From Octopus sinensis (lineage: Eukaryota): a stretch of 64,000 nt of DNA. Made by a program: the position numbers and the translations under genes. The stretch is taken from the NCBI RefSeq assembly GCF_006345805.1, contig NC_043005.1, positions 43,648,001 to 43,712,000 on the forward strand, read 5' to 3'. The notes under the pieces are model-generated. The model did not search any database, was not told the DNA's origin, and saw nothing but the letters and a program-made list of their open reading frames with translations. Positions 11,083-22,146 of this stretch are shown piece after piece. Position 1 is the stretch's first letter. Each line of letters starts with the position of its first letter.

Positions 11083-11789
11083 AGTGTCACATTGTGTGAT
11101 TGAACCCTTGAATCAAGTTTACAAAGGAAACATTTTAACCACCGAGCCATGCGTTTCTTATTTTACTAAACGAAACTTATGCTTTTTATTCAGACATTTA
11201 CACTCACTTTCCTTATACATGAATCAAATAGAATTATGTTAAAGTAATTGTTTTCACAGCTGGATGCCCTTCCTATCGTTAATCATTCAACTGAGAAGTA
11301 TTAGTGAAAACACGTTTTCTTTTCTTTCTTTGTCAGGCATCTTAAACCAAACAAAGGCATGTGCCTCGTTCGTATACGCAACACAATGGCAAAATTTGAA
11401 CTTCTAACCTCGATGTCAGTGCACGGACACTCCTAACTCCCATTTCTAAATTTTTTGCCTATTCGTATTATTTCTATATTATTATTTAATTTCATGTAAC
11501 TACACATATGCATTTCTACTTACTTCTCTCTCTCTCTCTCTTCCTTTCATACACGCACACACACATACGCTGTATATAGACTCATACGCATATACATATA
11601 ATTCTGTGAACGTGCTATAAGTAAAGACAGTGCAATAGGCGCTGACCTTTAGTTTGAACACGGTTATTAATCAGTTGTGTATGTTCTACACATACATATA
11701 TAAACACGCAAAAGTACATACATAAATGTGTGTGTACATGTAAACATACACACACACACATATATACATTGGGGTCTCTATATACTCTT

Positions 11790-12147
11790 TTCAGTTATTT
11801 GACTGCGGCCATACAGGAGCACCGCCTTTGGTCGAGTAAATCAACGCCAGGATTTATTCTTTGTAAGCCTAGTGCTTATTCTATCGGTCTCTTTTGCCGA
11901 ACCGCTAAGTTACGGGGACGTAAACACACCAGCATCGGTGGTCAAGCGATGTTGGTGGGGACAAACACAGACAGACACACACACACACATATACACGACG
12001 GGCTTCTTTCAATTTCCGTCTACCAAATCCACTTACAAGGCTTTGGCCGGGCCGAGTATAGCAGAAGACACTTGCCCAAGGTGCCACGCAGTGGGACTGA
12101 ACCTGGAACCATGTGGTTTGTGAGCAAGCTACTTACCACGCAGCCAA
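11790..12147 (-). mobile_element. Major tRNA-derived SINE copy
   Basis: Reverse complement of 10633-11082. Confidence 0.85.
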
Positions 12148-12328
12148 CATAATTCGTTTCGGAGCCCTATTTTAGAACCAAATTGTTCGTTACAGGAGTA
12201 ATTGAAATACATAGAAATAGGAGTAATCCATTCCAAGTCACAGCTAAACCTATTATAAACGTATGGAAACAAAAATGATGCTTTATTTGTTCATCTTTCG
12301 ATAGCAAATACGTAAATATATGCATAAA

Positions 12329-12366
12329 GGCGCAGGAGTGGCTGTGTTGTAAGTAGCTTGCTAACC
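12329..12366 (+). mobile_element. Head of major SINE, interrupted by the Tx1-like array
   Basis: GGCGCAGGAGTGGCTGTGTTGTAAGTAGCTTGCTAACC matches the SINE 5' end. The last 16 bp recur at 14395-14410, 16658-16673 and 17645-17660. Confidence 0.85.
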
Positions 12367-14394
12367 TTCGTCGAAGTCGGACGTGTTCTTTTTGGCGGAG
12401 AGTGCTTGATGTCACGTCTTTCGTCGTGAAATATTGAATTTTGAGGCTCGACTACAGGTAGGCGTTTGTTGTATTTTTTTGAGGGCTTAGTGGAGTTTGT
12501 TGCCCTGTATTTAATATTTTTTGGTGAGTAATAAACTCCACTCTGCTCCAGACATTTTCCTGCCTGTGGTCGAGCGTAAAGACTCACTTTGCAGTGAGAA
12601 TTGTGTTTTTGAGGAGGCGTAGTCCCTCCGCAAAAATTAATTTGTTTGCTTCTGAAATTGTCTTTGTGTTTCCCACTGGATTTACCACGGAGTACCAAGG
12701 TAGAAAGGACTAATTGTGCTGCGGTTGGATTTATTTTACCATTGGAGGCCAGGAGTACCTTTTCGGCCGAAAAAATTGATTCCTTTGTCTGAACACTCTT
12801 CTTCGAGCTATCATTCATTTAAAAAAAAGAACTTTTTTGAACTGTTGATTATTTTATTTCTTCCCTTCTGTTCTGTTTTTCCTTCTTTTTCAGTTTTATT
12901 TTATTTTGTATTTTGAACTTTTTTGAGCTAGTTTTTCAATGACAAAGGAATTGCTCGTGTGGGAGTTGACACCTCTCAAGAAATGGCTAAAGGACCTGGA
13001 AAGGAAGACCGTGGTGTTGAGGACTTATTCGAAGTCGCTCGACACCATAGCCGTCTTCCCGAAGGCCACAATTTTGAACGAGCTGGCGGACTACATGCCA
13101 GCCGTTAAATTTATCTCACGGGGAGTGAAATATGCAACGGTCTGGTTGATATTTGACTCCCCACAAGAAGCTTGCGATTTTGCAAGCCAGCCCCTTGATG
13201 GCAAAGAAATATTATTTTTGCCAAATTATATGTGAAAAAAGTTATCAAAAGCTTGGATCTGTGGCCTACCACCCGGAGTTGAGCCCGAGTGGATAGAGGA
13301 CTCTATCCGCCGGGGTCTGGGTAGTAGCAATACCAAGTTGCTGAGTGTTAAAATGTTGCCTGCGGCTGATTGGGAGGGATCGAAAGCTGTTTTGACCCTA
13401 TGGACCCAATCAGCCGAAAGTCTGGTTTTTCCAGATTTCTTGAGGTTGGCCGGGTCCAGGTATCCGGTGATGCTTGAGGGATGCCCGCCCCCCAAGTGTC
13501 ACCTGTGCCTGAAGACCGGCCACATTAAGAAGAACTGCCCCAGGGACCAAAGTAGGATCCTGGAGCAGTTAATGGTGGAATGTCTCCCTGCTCCCCCAAT
13601 GGAGGGAGAGAAACAGAAGAATAACGAGGAAATCGCTACATCCACAAAAAGAAAAACAAAGGTGGGCAACAATGGTGACCCACCGAAAAACCCGGGAGCT
13701 GCGGGAGAAAAAGAGGACCCGTTGTGTGAAACACAGGAACCTCACCCTCCCGCGGCCCAGGGAAAAAAAGGAAAAAAGAGAAACGGGACGCCGCCGGCGG
13801 ATAGTAACACGCGGACGGCGTCTCCCAAGCCTCCTCAGGCGGGTGTGCCGCCGGAGGATAAATATGTGGTCCTCTTCCACAAAGGAGGAACCATTGAGAA
13901 TGAAATAAGGAAAATGGAAAGGAGGGGCCAATGGGAGGGACTTCGGTCCTGCACGGAGGACGTTGGGTGGCCTTCGCAGGTGGCTGCGGAGGTCCGATGG
14001 GATAGCGATCTGTGCAGGATCGTGAATTCCTTCCCGGACGACTCCTATAGATTTGTACCTGTGTGGTCTTGCCTGGAACCGGCTGAGTGCTTCAATAAAG
14101 CAAGAGAGCTGGTCAGCCGGGTGACCTGAACTTTTTGTATATTTTGAAGGAACATTGTATTATATTGAAACCTGAACTTTCTGTATATTTTAAAAGAACA
14201 TTGTAAGAGGTTTATTGCCTCATTATGATTTGTTGAAAAAAGAACATTGTTTTAGAGAAGCGGAAGTCGGCGGGCGCTTTCGTCTTCTCCCATCATCATC
14301 TTCGTTCCATCACCATCATTCATACCATTAATGTCTATGTCCTGCCCGCAAAGCTACATCTGTGTAATGCCCATGTGGAAAATTAGATAAAATA
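12367..14394 (+). mobile_element. Tx1/L1-type ORF1-only non-LTR element, unit A (2028 bp)
   Basis: 5' UTR, single ORF1, structured 3' UTR and short A-rich end. Flanked by 16-bp direct repeats. Confidence 0.85.
12939..14129 (+). pseudogene. ORF1 (Tx1/ZCCHC3-like RNA-binding protein with CCHC knuckle), one nonsense codon at 13233
   Basis: ORFs 12939-13235 and 13338-14129 are in the same frame. PDFLRLAGSRYPVMLEGCPPPKCHLCLKTGHIKKNCP is a Tx1/L1 ORF1 zinc knuckle. The TGA corresponds to GGA (Gly) in unit B. Confidence 0.8.
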
Positions 14395-14410
14395 AAGTAG
14401 CTTGCTAACC

Positions 14411-16657
14411 TTCGTCGAAGTCGGACGTGTTTTTTTTTTTGGCGGAGAGTTCTTGCTGCTTGATGTCACGTCTTTCGTCGTGAAATATTGAACTTTGAGG
14501 CTCGACTACAGGTAGGCGTTTGTTGTATTTTTTTGAGGGCTTAGCGGAGTTTGTTGCCCTGTATTTAATATTTTTTGGTGAGTAATAGACTCCACTCTGC
14601 TCCAGACATTTTCCTGTCTGTGGTCGAGCGTAAAGACTCACTTTGCAGTGAGAATCGTATTTTTGAGGAGGCGTAGACCCTCCGAAAAAATTAATTCGTT
14701 TGCTTCTGAAATTGTCTTTGTGTTTTCCACTGGATTTGCCACGGAGTACCAAGGTAGAAAGGACTAATTGTGCTGCGGTTGGATTTATTTTACCATTGTG
14801 AGAATTGGGCGGGGGGGGGCGTATTCGTTTTCGATAAATTGAGTGAATATTTTTCTCACCTAATTATGAGAACTGTATTGTGCCTTGAAGAACTTTAAGA
14901 ATTGTGAGAACTGCTATATAGGGGAGTGCTTTGCCTCCGAAGTTCGAACAATTTTTACCAATTTTATACCAATTTTTGTGGAAGTTGTGTTCCAGTTGCG
15001 GCGTTCCGAGTTCAATTTAGGCCGGGAGTACCGAAAGGCCAGAAGATTTTTTGCTGTGTTATGGACTTTCTTTTGAACTTTATTTGATTTTCTCCTTTTT
15101 ATTTATTGTGACTTTCTGTTGATTTCTTCCCTTCTGTTGTGCTTTCTCCTTTTTTTTGTATCTTTCTCATTTTTTTAAAACCTATCGTGAACTTTATTTG
15201 GACTTTGAACTTTTTTCACATGGCAAAGAAAAATGAAGCCACTGCTTTGGAGTGGGAGGTTGTCCCACCCAAGCAGTGGATTAAAGATCTTGAGAAGAGG
15301 ACGGTGGTACTACGAACCTATTCTAGGTCGCATGGGGCCATCGCCCTCTTCGACAAGAGCATAATAGAAAAAGAGTTGGCAGACCACCTGCCAACTATAA
15401 AGTTTATTTCTCGGGGGACCAAATTTGCAACGGTGTGGTTGCTGTTTGGTACTTCCCGAGGAAGCTAGCAGATTTGCTAGCAAGCCCCTTGAGGGAGAGG
15501 AAGTTTTGTTCCACCCCTCGTATTGTGGAAGAAAAATAAAAAGAGCCTGGGTGTGCGGGCTGCCCCCGGGCATGGAGGCGGGATGGATCGAGGAGACCAT
15601 CCAACGAGGCCTGAGAGATAGTGGGCCCAAGCTTTTGAGTGTAAAAATTACTCCCGCGGTCGACTGGGGGGGGGGTCAAAGGCAACTTTGACCCTGTAGA
15701 CCCCGGTGGCCGTGGGAGAGATGATATTCCCAGACTTCCTGAGAATGGCCGGGCACAGGTGCCCGGTGATACTCGAGGGACGCCCCCCCCCAAGTGTCAC
15801 CTGTGCCTGGATCCTGGACATATCAAAAGGAACTGTACCGGGGGCCGTGGTGGTGCCCCGGAGCATGGAAGGGAAAAGGTGCCCGCCGCCCCCTCACTGG
15901 AGGGGGAGACGGTGGAAGTCGTGGAGGAGGTTGCCTCCACGAAAAGAAAGAGACAAGTGAGCAACAATGGTTGCTCACCAAAGAATACTCAGGCGGCGGA
16001 GGGGGATGATGACCCTCCATGTCTGCCGACGGAGCCCCCTGGGCTAGCAGCCTCTAAAAAAAGGAGGAAAAAGAGAAATAGAGGTCGGGCGGCTGATGTT
16101 CCTGGGTCGCCGACGGAGCCGCAGGTGGGATGTGTGCCACCTGCGGACAGGGCCCCGTCAGTGGGAAGCGTGCCACTGACGGAGCAGTATGAAGTCCCTT
16201 CCCGTGAAGAGGAGATGTTTGTCCTCCTTTATCACGAGGGAGGGACGATTAGTAAATTTCTGGACGGCTTGGGCGACCGAGGACGTGTGTGCTCGTTCTA
16301 CTCAAGCTGTCCGAATTGGCCTCAGCAGGTGGCTGCGGAGGCGGTTACGGAAAAAATTTTGTCAAAGGTCACAGCGACCTTTGACAAGAAAGAATTCGCT
16401 TTTCTCTTTTCAGGCCCCGACTTGTCGATGCAGAGTTGTCTGCAGGCGGCAGGTCACTTAATTCGGGGGACCTGATAAAGAGAATTGTAAGAAAATTTTG
16501 TTGTAAAGAAACTTTGTATTCGAGGGGTTATTGGTCGGCGGGTGCCAGTACCCCTCCCATTTTTGTTCATCATTATCATCCTCATCTCATTAATGTTTTT
16601 GTCCAGCCCGCAGCTAGTCATCTATGTACTACCCTCGTGGCAAATTTTAATGAAATA
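14411..16657 (+). mobile_element. Tx1/L1-type ORF1-only element, unit B (2247 bp; diverged family with A-type 5' end)
   Basis: 14411-14798 is nearly identical to the unit A 5' UTR, followed by a different UTR and a diverged ORF1. Flanked by the same 16-bp repeats. Confidence 0.85.
15220..16475 (+). pseudogene. ORF1 of unit B (frameshifts plus one TAG)
   Basis: MAKKNEATALEWEVVPPKQWIKDLEKRTVVLRTYS...CGLPPG...PDFLRMAGHRCPVILEGRPPKCHLCLDPGHIKRNC. Colinear with unit A ORF1. Confidence 0.8.
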
Positions 16658-16673
16658 AAGTAGCTTGCTAACC

Positions 16674-17644
16674 TTCGTCGAAGGTTTTTTTTGGCGGAGA
16701 GTTTTCCCAGATTTCCTGAGAATGGCCGGGTCCAGGTATCCGGTGATGCTTGAGGGACGCCGCCCCCCAAGTGTCACCTATGCCCGAAGACCGGCCACAT
16801 TAAGAAGAACTGCCCCAGGGACCAAAGTAGGATCCTGGAGCAGTTAATGGTGGAATCTCTCCCTGCTCCCCCAATGGAGGGAGAGAAACAGAAGAATAAC
16901 GAGGAAATTGCTACATCTTCAAAAAGAAAAAGAAAGGTGGGCAACAATGGTGACCCACCGAAAAACCCGGGAGCTGCGGGAGAGAAAGAGGACCCGTTGT
17001 GTGCACCACAGAAACCTCATCCTCCCGCGGCCCAGGGAAAAAAGAAAAAAGAGAAACGGGGCGCCACCGGCGGATTATGACACGAGGACGGCGTCTCCCA
17101 AGCCTCCTCAGGTGGGTGTGCCGCCGGAGGATAAATATGTGGTCCTCTTCCACAAAGGAGGAACCATTGAGAATGAAATAAGGAAAATGGAAAGGAGGGG
17201 CCAATGGGAGGGACTTCGGTCCTACACGGAGGACCCTGAGTGGCCTTCGCTGGTGGCTGCGGAGGTCCTATGGGAAAGTGACCTGTGCAGGATCGTGAAT
17301 TCCTTCCCGGAGGACTCCTATAGATTTGTACATGTGTGGTCTGGCCTGGAGCCGAGTGAGTGCTTCGATGAAGCAAGAGCGCTGGTCGGCCGGGTAACCT
17401 GAACTTTCTGCGTGCTTTAAAAGAAAAAAAATAGAACATCGTATTATATTGAGTCAGAGGTTTATTGCCTCATTGTGATTTTTTGAAAACAGAACATTGT
17501 TTTAGAGAAGCGGATATCGGCGGGCGCTTTCGTCTTCTCCCATCATCATCATCGTTCCATCACCATCATTCACACCATTAATGTCTACGTCCAGCCCGCA
17601 AAGCTACATCTGTGTAATGCCCCTGTGGCAAATTAGATAAAATA
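16674..17644 (+). mobile_element. Unit C: internally deleted A-family copy (971 bp)
   Basis: About 28 bp of the 5' terminus is joined directly to the PDFLRMAG region. The 3' half of ORF1 and the 3' UTR closely match unit A. Confidence 0.85.
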
Positions 17645-17660
17645 AAGTAGCTTGCTTACC

Positions 17661-18527
17661 TGTCTAGTGGTTAGACGTTTTTGTTGACGGTGAGTGGAAC
17701 ATTTTGTCGATCATTGAATTGTTTTTCTGTTCGAATTATTTATTGCTGAACATTGTAGAACTGTGGAACTGTTAAAACTGTTAAATTTTGTGCTTTTTCC
17801 CGGTGACGGGAAAAAGAAATAATTTGTGTAAAACTATTTTTCTGTTGTGAACTGTTGGAATTTTTTAAATTGTTAAAGCTGTTGTCGGCTGTATATTTTG
17901 TGCCCCCCGCCACTTCGGGGGTGGGATCTGAACTCTTGTACTCGTAGATAGGAAAAAAGTGAAAAACCATCATAGGTCTCCCGCTTCTGGGGATTACAAA
18001 ATAATTTTTGGGTGTGAAATTTCGACCGTTGAAGGCTTTGTTGTTGCGTCTCGCCCCCCTGCGGGGGTGAGATTCGAACTGTTACCCTCGCCGAGGGGAA
18101 ATATGTATATATAAAAGGAAAAAAAAAGCACATAGGGTTCCCGTTTCTGGGGATTACCAATTAATTTTTGTGTGTGAAATTTCGACCGTCGTAGACTTTG
18201 AGCGGGAGTGTGATTTGAACTGTTACCCTCGTCGAGGGGAATATAAAAACAAAAATAAAAAACATAGGTTTCCCGTCTTTTGAGATTCCATTTTGTGTAA
18301 AAATGTCTGTCGAAGTTATTTCGAAAAAACTTTCACTGGATGAGCCAGTTAAGAAATTCTCTGCAGTTGCCGCGGTGGCAACGGAAAATGTCGAATTACA
18401 GAAAGAAAAGCTCTCAGAGCTTTTTGGAAGAATGAAAAAGGAGGTGGGTAATATAAAAAATATCACCCTCACCTAGTGTAGAAAAATTTAAAAGAAGGAC
18501 AGTTGTTTTTAAAACATACTTTTATAT
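17661..18527 (+). mobile_element. Unit D: third related family, 3'-truncated, with ~150-bp tandem monomers in the 5' UTR
   Basis: Follows the fourth target copy. About three monomers at 17900-18290. ORF start at 18303 and a frameshifted KFKRRTVVFKTY matching DLERKTVVLRTY of units A and B. Confidence 0.65.
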
Positions 18528-20257
18528 TGTCGTCAGAAGCATCTGATAGCGTGTCTGTGATTAGGTCTCTGACGCTGAGCGAAAGAATCCCACTCAATAC
18601 GATGTGCAAACTCTGTCGAGCCGATTGAATGATAGTGGGGCAGAGTGATGTGACTCATCTTCGGCGAGAAAAACGTAGCACACGTCTAGAAGAAGGGGAA
18701 AAGAGCTGGACGTGACCAAAAACCAGACAATACACATCCAAGAAAATTCCACACGTGGTCGTGAGCAAACAGAATAACGTCCTCCAACGAGAAAAAATGT
18801 CAGGAGACAAGGACAAGTCCAAAAGAAAATGCTAAGTCGTACCTGACAAAGGAAAAAAAATTGTCATGTAGTGAAATATGGATTTCACAACAGAAAAGGG
18901 TCACGTGTGTCGAACACACAGACAGTTGTTTAGCAGCTATCGAACACACGAACACAGTTCAACGTTGGCATTAGGAGAAAATTACACGTGGAGAAAAATG
19001 GCCGTAACAGCCATCAAAGAAATATTCTACGGAGAAATTCCACACGTTGAGCAGTTTTAAGTTAGGGTCGACTCAAGTTATGCATTTCTTCTCGTAAAAC
19101 ATCGTCGCGCCATTTCTGGTTCAGGGAGAACCTTTCCCGCTCAGAGATGGCGTAGAAACTTTCTCATAACCCAGAGGTATGTCCTTTTTTCTGACCGGAT
19201 TCACTAGTGTAGGAGAATTTGACCGCTGAAAAAATTCATAGCTTTCCACACATTATAGAGCTGATAATGTAGAAGCAATTATGAGGTTGAACGTCGTGAA
19301 TCATATAGCAGGCAATGGCTGTTGAAGCAAAAGCTGTAAATCTTTTTACACAGAGTCACCACTTTAGCGAGGGACCGTGGATGCGTGTTATATGTCGGGG
19401 TCATCACTTTAGCAAGGGATGTCGATAATGAAAACGTCAATACTTTAATAACTGGACCGAGTCATTAATCCAACAGCTCTGAAATGCCCCTGGTGCAATA
19501 AGTGACAACATCACTCGTGTCCGTGCGTGAACAACTTCGTGTCCAAGATTTTATTCAGATGCATAATAAACGAACTCATACAGTGAGTACACAATATTCA
19601 ATAAAGTTATATGGGATGAAGAAAAAGGCTCTGAACATCTTGCCATGTTCGACGATGACAATGAAAAAATAAAGGGAATTCAACTACAAATTTACCATAT
19701 CGAATCCATGTGCTTGGCTCTTTCTCTGATCTTGTCCTAGGCGTGACGTAGAGAAAAAAAAAGTTCAATTTGAATACGCTCTTGAGTAGGCGATACGCTT
19801 CTAGCTCCCTCCCGTGTGTCGTTTATTAGTTACACGTTGTATCCTAGCAAAGGGGGAGCTAATCATGTTCACTTGGAATATTCTAAAACATTCGACAGGA
19901 GAGATGACTGTCGTTGACTCTCAAGGGATACTTTGCGGGCTTGCGAACCTGCCTCAAATAGCGTTGCCTACAAACTGTATACATTCCCCCAGCACTTATA
20001 TGCATGCTTGCTCTACTCGTGGTTTGCTGTTCAAATTTCAGTTCATTGGTGAAATATTTTCTTCAATATAACTATTCTTTATACAATTAGTTCCTTTAAT
20101 GTACCGTTTGTATATGCTCCCCGAGTCTATTCGTGACTTGTTCTTCGAATTTCAAATCGGTAAGCGAATAGGCTTCCATTCGCTTTTACGCATGCTCATG
20201 GTTTACTGGACAAATTTCAGATTGTTATGCGAGTTTAATTTCCTTCTGAAAAACCGT

Positions 20258-20348
20258 GGTTAAGGTAAAGAATACGCACACCAGCCATTTTCGGAGTAAC
20301 AAAAACCCTAACCTTAAACACTGGGTGTGCGTATTCCTTACCTTCACC
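20258..20348. mobile_element. Small MITE-like inverted repeat
   Basis: GGTTAAGGTAAAGAATACGCACACCAG ... CTGGGTGTGCGTATTCCTTACCTTCACC. Confidence 0.55.
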
Positions 20349-20517
20349 CAAACTCGTTGATTATTCAGTTTATTCGTTTAGAAAACCCTTCGTATATTGA
20401 TACACCCAATATATGTGTATGTGTACAATAGTATGTGATAAGCAGAATAACTCAGTGGCCAGTTGCATGATTATGAAAAACAAAGACAAAGTGAGTAGAG
20501 ATGTATCCAATGGTATG

Positions 20518-20935
20518 AAGGCGGCGAGCAGGCAGAAACGTTAGCACGCCGGGCGAAATGCTTAGTAGTATTTCGTCTGTCGTTACGTTCCGAGTTCAAA
20601 TTCCGTCGAGGTCGACTTTGCCTTTCATCCTTTCGGGGTCGATAAATAAAGTACCAGTTTCGCACTGGGGTTGATGTAATCGACTTAATACCTATGTCTG
20701 TCCTTGTTTGTTCCCTCTGTGTTTAGCCCCTTGTAGGTAATAAAGAAATAGGTATTTCGTCTGTCGTTACGTTCTGAGTTCAAATTCCGTCGAGGTCGAC
20801 TTTGCCTTTCATCCTTTCGGGGTCGATAAATAAAGTACCAGTTTCGCACTGGGGTTGATGTAATCGACTTAATCTCTTTGTCTGTCCTTGTTTGTCCCCT
20901 CTATATTTAACCCCTTGTGGGCAATAAAGAAATAC
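20518..20935 (+). mobile_element. tRNA-derived SINE with Nin/Deu-like central domain, body tandemly duplicated
   Basis: GGCGGCGAGC.GGCAGAAACGTTAGC head. GCCTTTCATCCTTTCGGGGTCGATAAATAAAGTACCAG domain occurs twice. Other copies at ~38707-38915 (+), 44832-45063 (-) and 61178-61576 (-). Confidence 0.75.
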
Positions 20936-21806
20936 ATATCCAATGGTATACCACGTGAATTCTTGATTTATCAAAATTCTCTCTCCTCGGAGATAGATAG
21001 ATGGATGGATGGATGGATAGATATAGGATTTCTATGTAACAATATATTTTTTTTTTCAGAAATATCTTGCGCATGAAGTTTGGCACATGTATATAAAGAA
21101 CACAAATGGGGCTTAAAATGTACGACAGCTGTTTCGGTAACCTCATTTGTGTTCGTTTTTATATTTACGCAGCTTCTAGAACCAGCCCTGAGTCAGATCT
21201 CCTGCTTAAATTAGGCTTAGTACTTACATATTTACAGTATCCTAGCAGTAGATGACACCTTCATAGTTACTTTACCCTATGTTATTGTACCTAACCATTG
21301 TTGGCATCCTACATGTTGATGTGCCTAGATTCTAATGAATCCTGTAGCTAATCTCTATCTCCCTCTTTTTCTCTGTGTGTGTGTGTGAGAGAGAGAGAGT
21401 ATATATATATATGTGTATATTTATATCCAGTTACACGATAATGGACCGGTGTCGAAAGATATAAATTTTTAATGGGCATTTTATGAGATTAAAGCAATTG
21501 CACAAATGAAAAGAATTGGATGTGGATAGGAGTCTTCAATTTTTACTGTTAATATTTGCTATTTCTGTAGCCAAAATCTGCGTATAACTGAAACTTAATT
21601 CGACATTATTTCAATTAAAGTCTTATAACGTCTGTAGTTTTCCGGAAAATATCTAATAAATAAAAGAAATGTTTAACGATATTTGTACGCACCTTAAAGC
21701 TAAACGGAGCATTAAGTCAAATAATTTTAAGTTTCTCTCTCTCCCATTCTCTTTCTTACATATACATATCTTCCTTTCTATTTATATCTGTGTGTGTGTG
21801 TGTAGT

Positions 21807-22128
21807 GAAGGCATGTGGCATAGTGCTTAGGGGTATTGAGCTCACGATTGAAAGGTCGTGAGTTCGATTCCCGGCCGCTCGTTGTGCCTTTGAGCAAGAC
21901 ACTTTATTTTACGTTGCTCCAGTCTGCCCAGCTGGTAGAAATGAGTAGCAGCTGTATTTCAAAGTGCCAGGCCTTGTCACACTCTGTGTCACGCTGAATT
22001 TCCCTCTGAACTACGTTAAGTGTACGCGTGTCCGTGGAGTGTTCAGCCACTTGCACTCTAATTTCACGAGCAGGCTGTTCCGTTGATCGGATCAAATGGA
22101 GCCCTTGTCGTTGTGATGGATGGAGTGC
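21807..22128 (+). mobile_element. tRNA-derived SINE (CORE/V-like central box)
   Basis: A/B-box-like TGGCATAGTG...GAGTTCGATTCC, then TTGAGCAAGACACTTTATTTTACGTTGCTCCAGTC. Second copy at ~34690-34980. Confidence 0.7.
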
Positions 22129-22146
22129 CCGACATATATATTTACG

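Noticed and set aside
12291-12818. 175-aa antisense ORF (also 14405-14752) as an ORF0-like gene
   Set aside because: It is the reverse frame of a T-rich UTR, runs out through the target site into flanking DNA, and has different ends in units A and B.
13233-13235. In-frame TGA in unit A ORF1 as selenocysteine or readthrough
   Set aside because: It aligns to GGA (Gly) in unit B, not Cys, so it is a simple nonsense mutation.
16695-16712. Unit C deletion as a spliced intron
   Set aside because: The acceptor-like TTTCCCAG is retained. The junction fits GTT microhomology instead.
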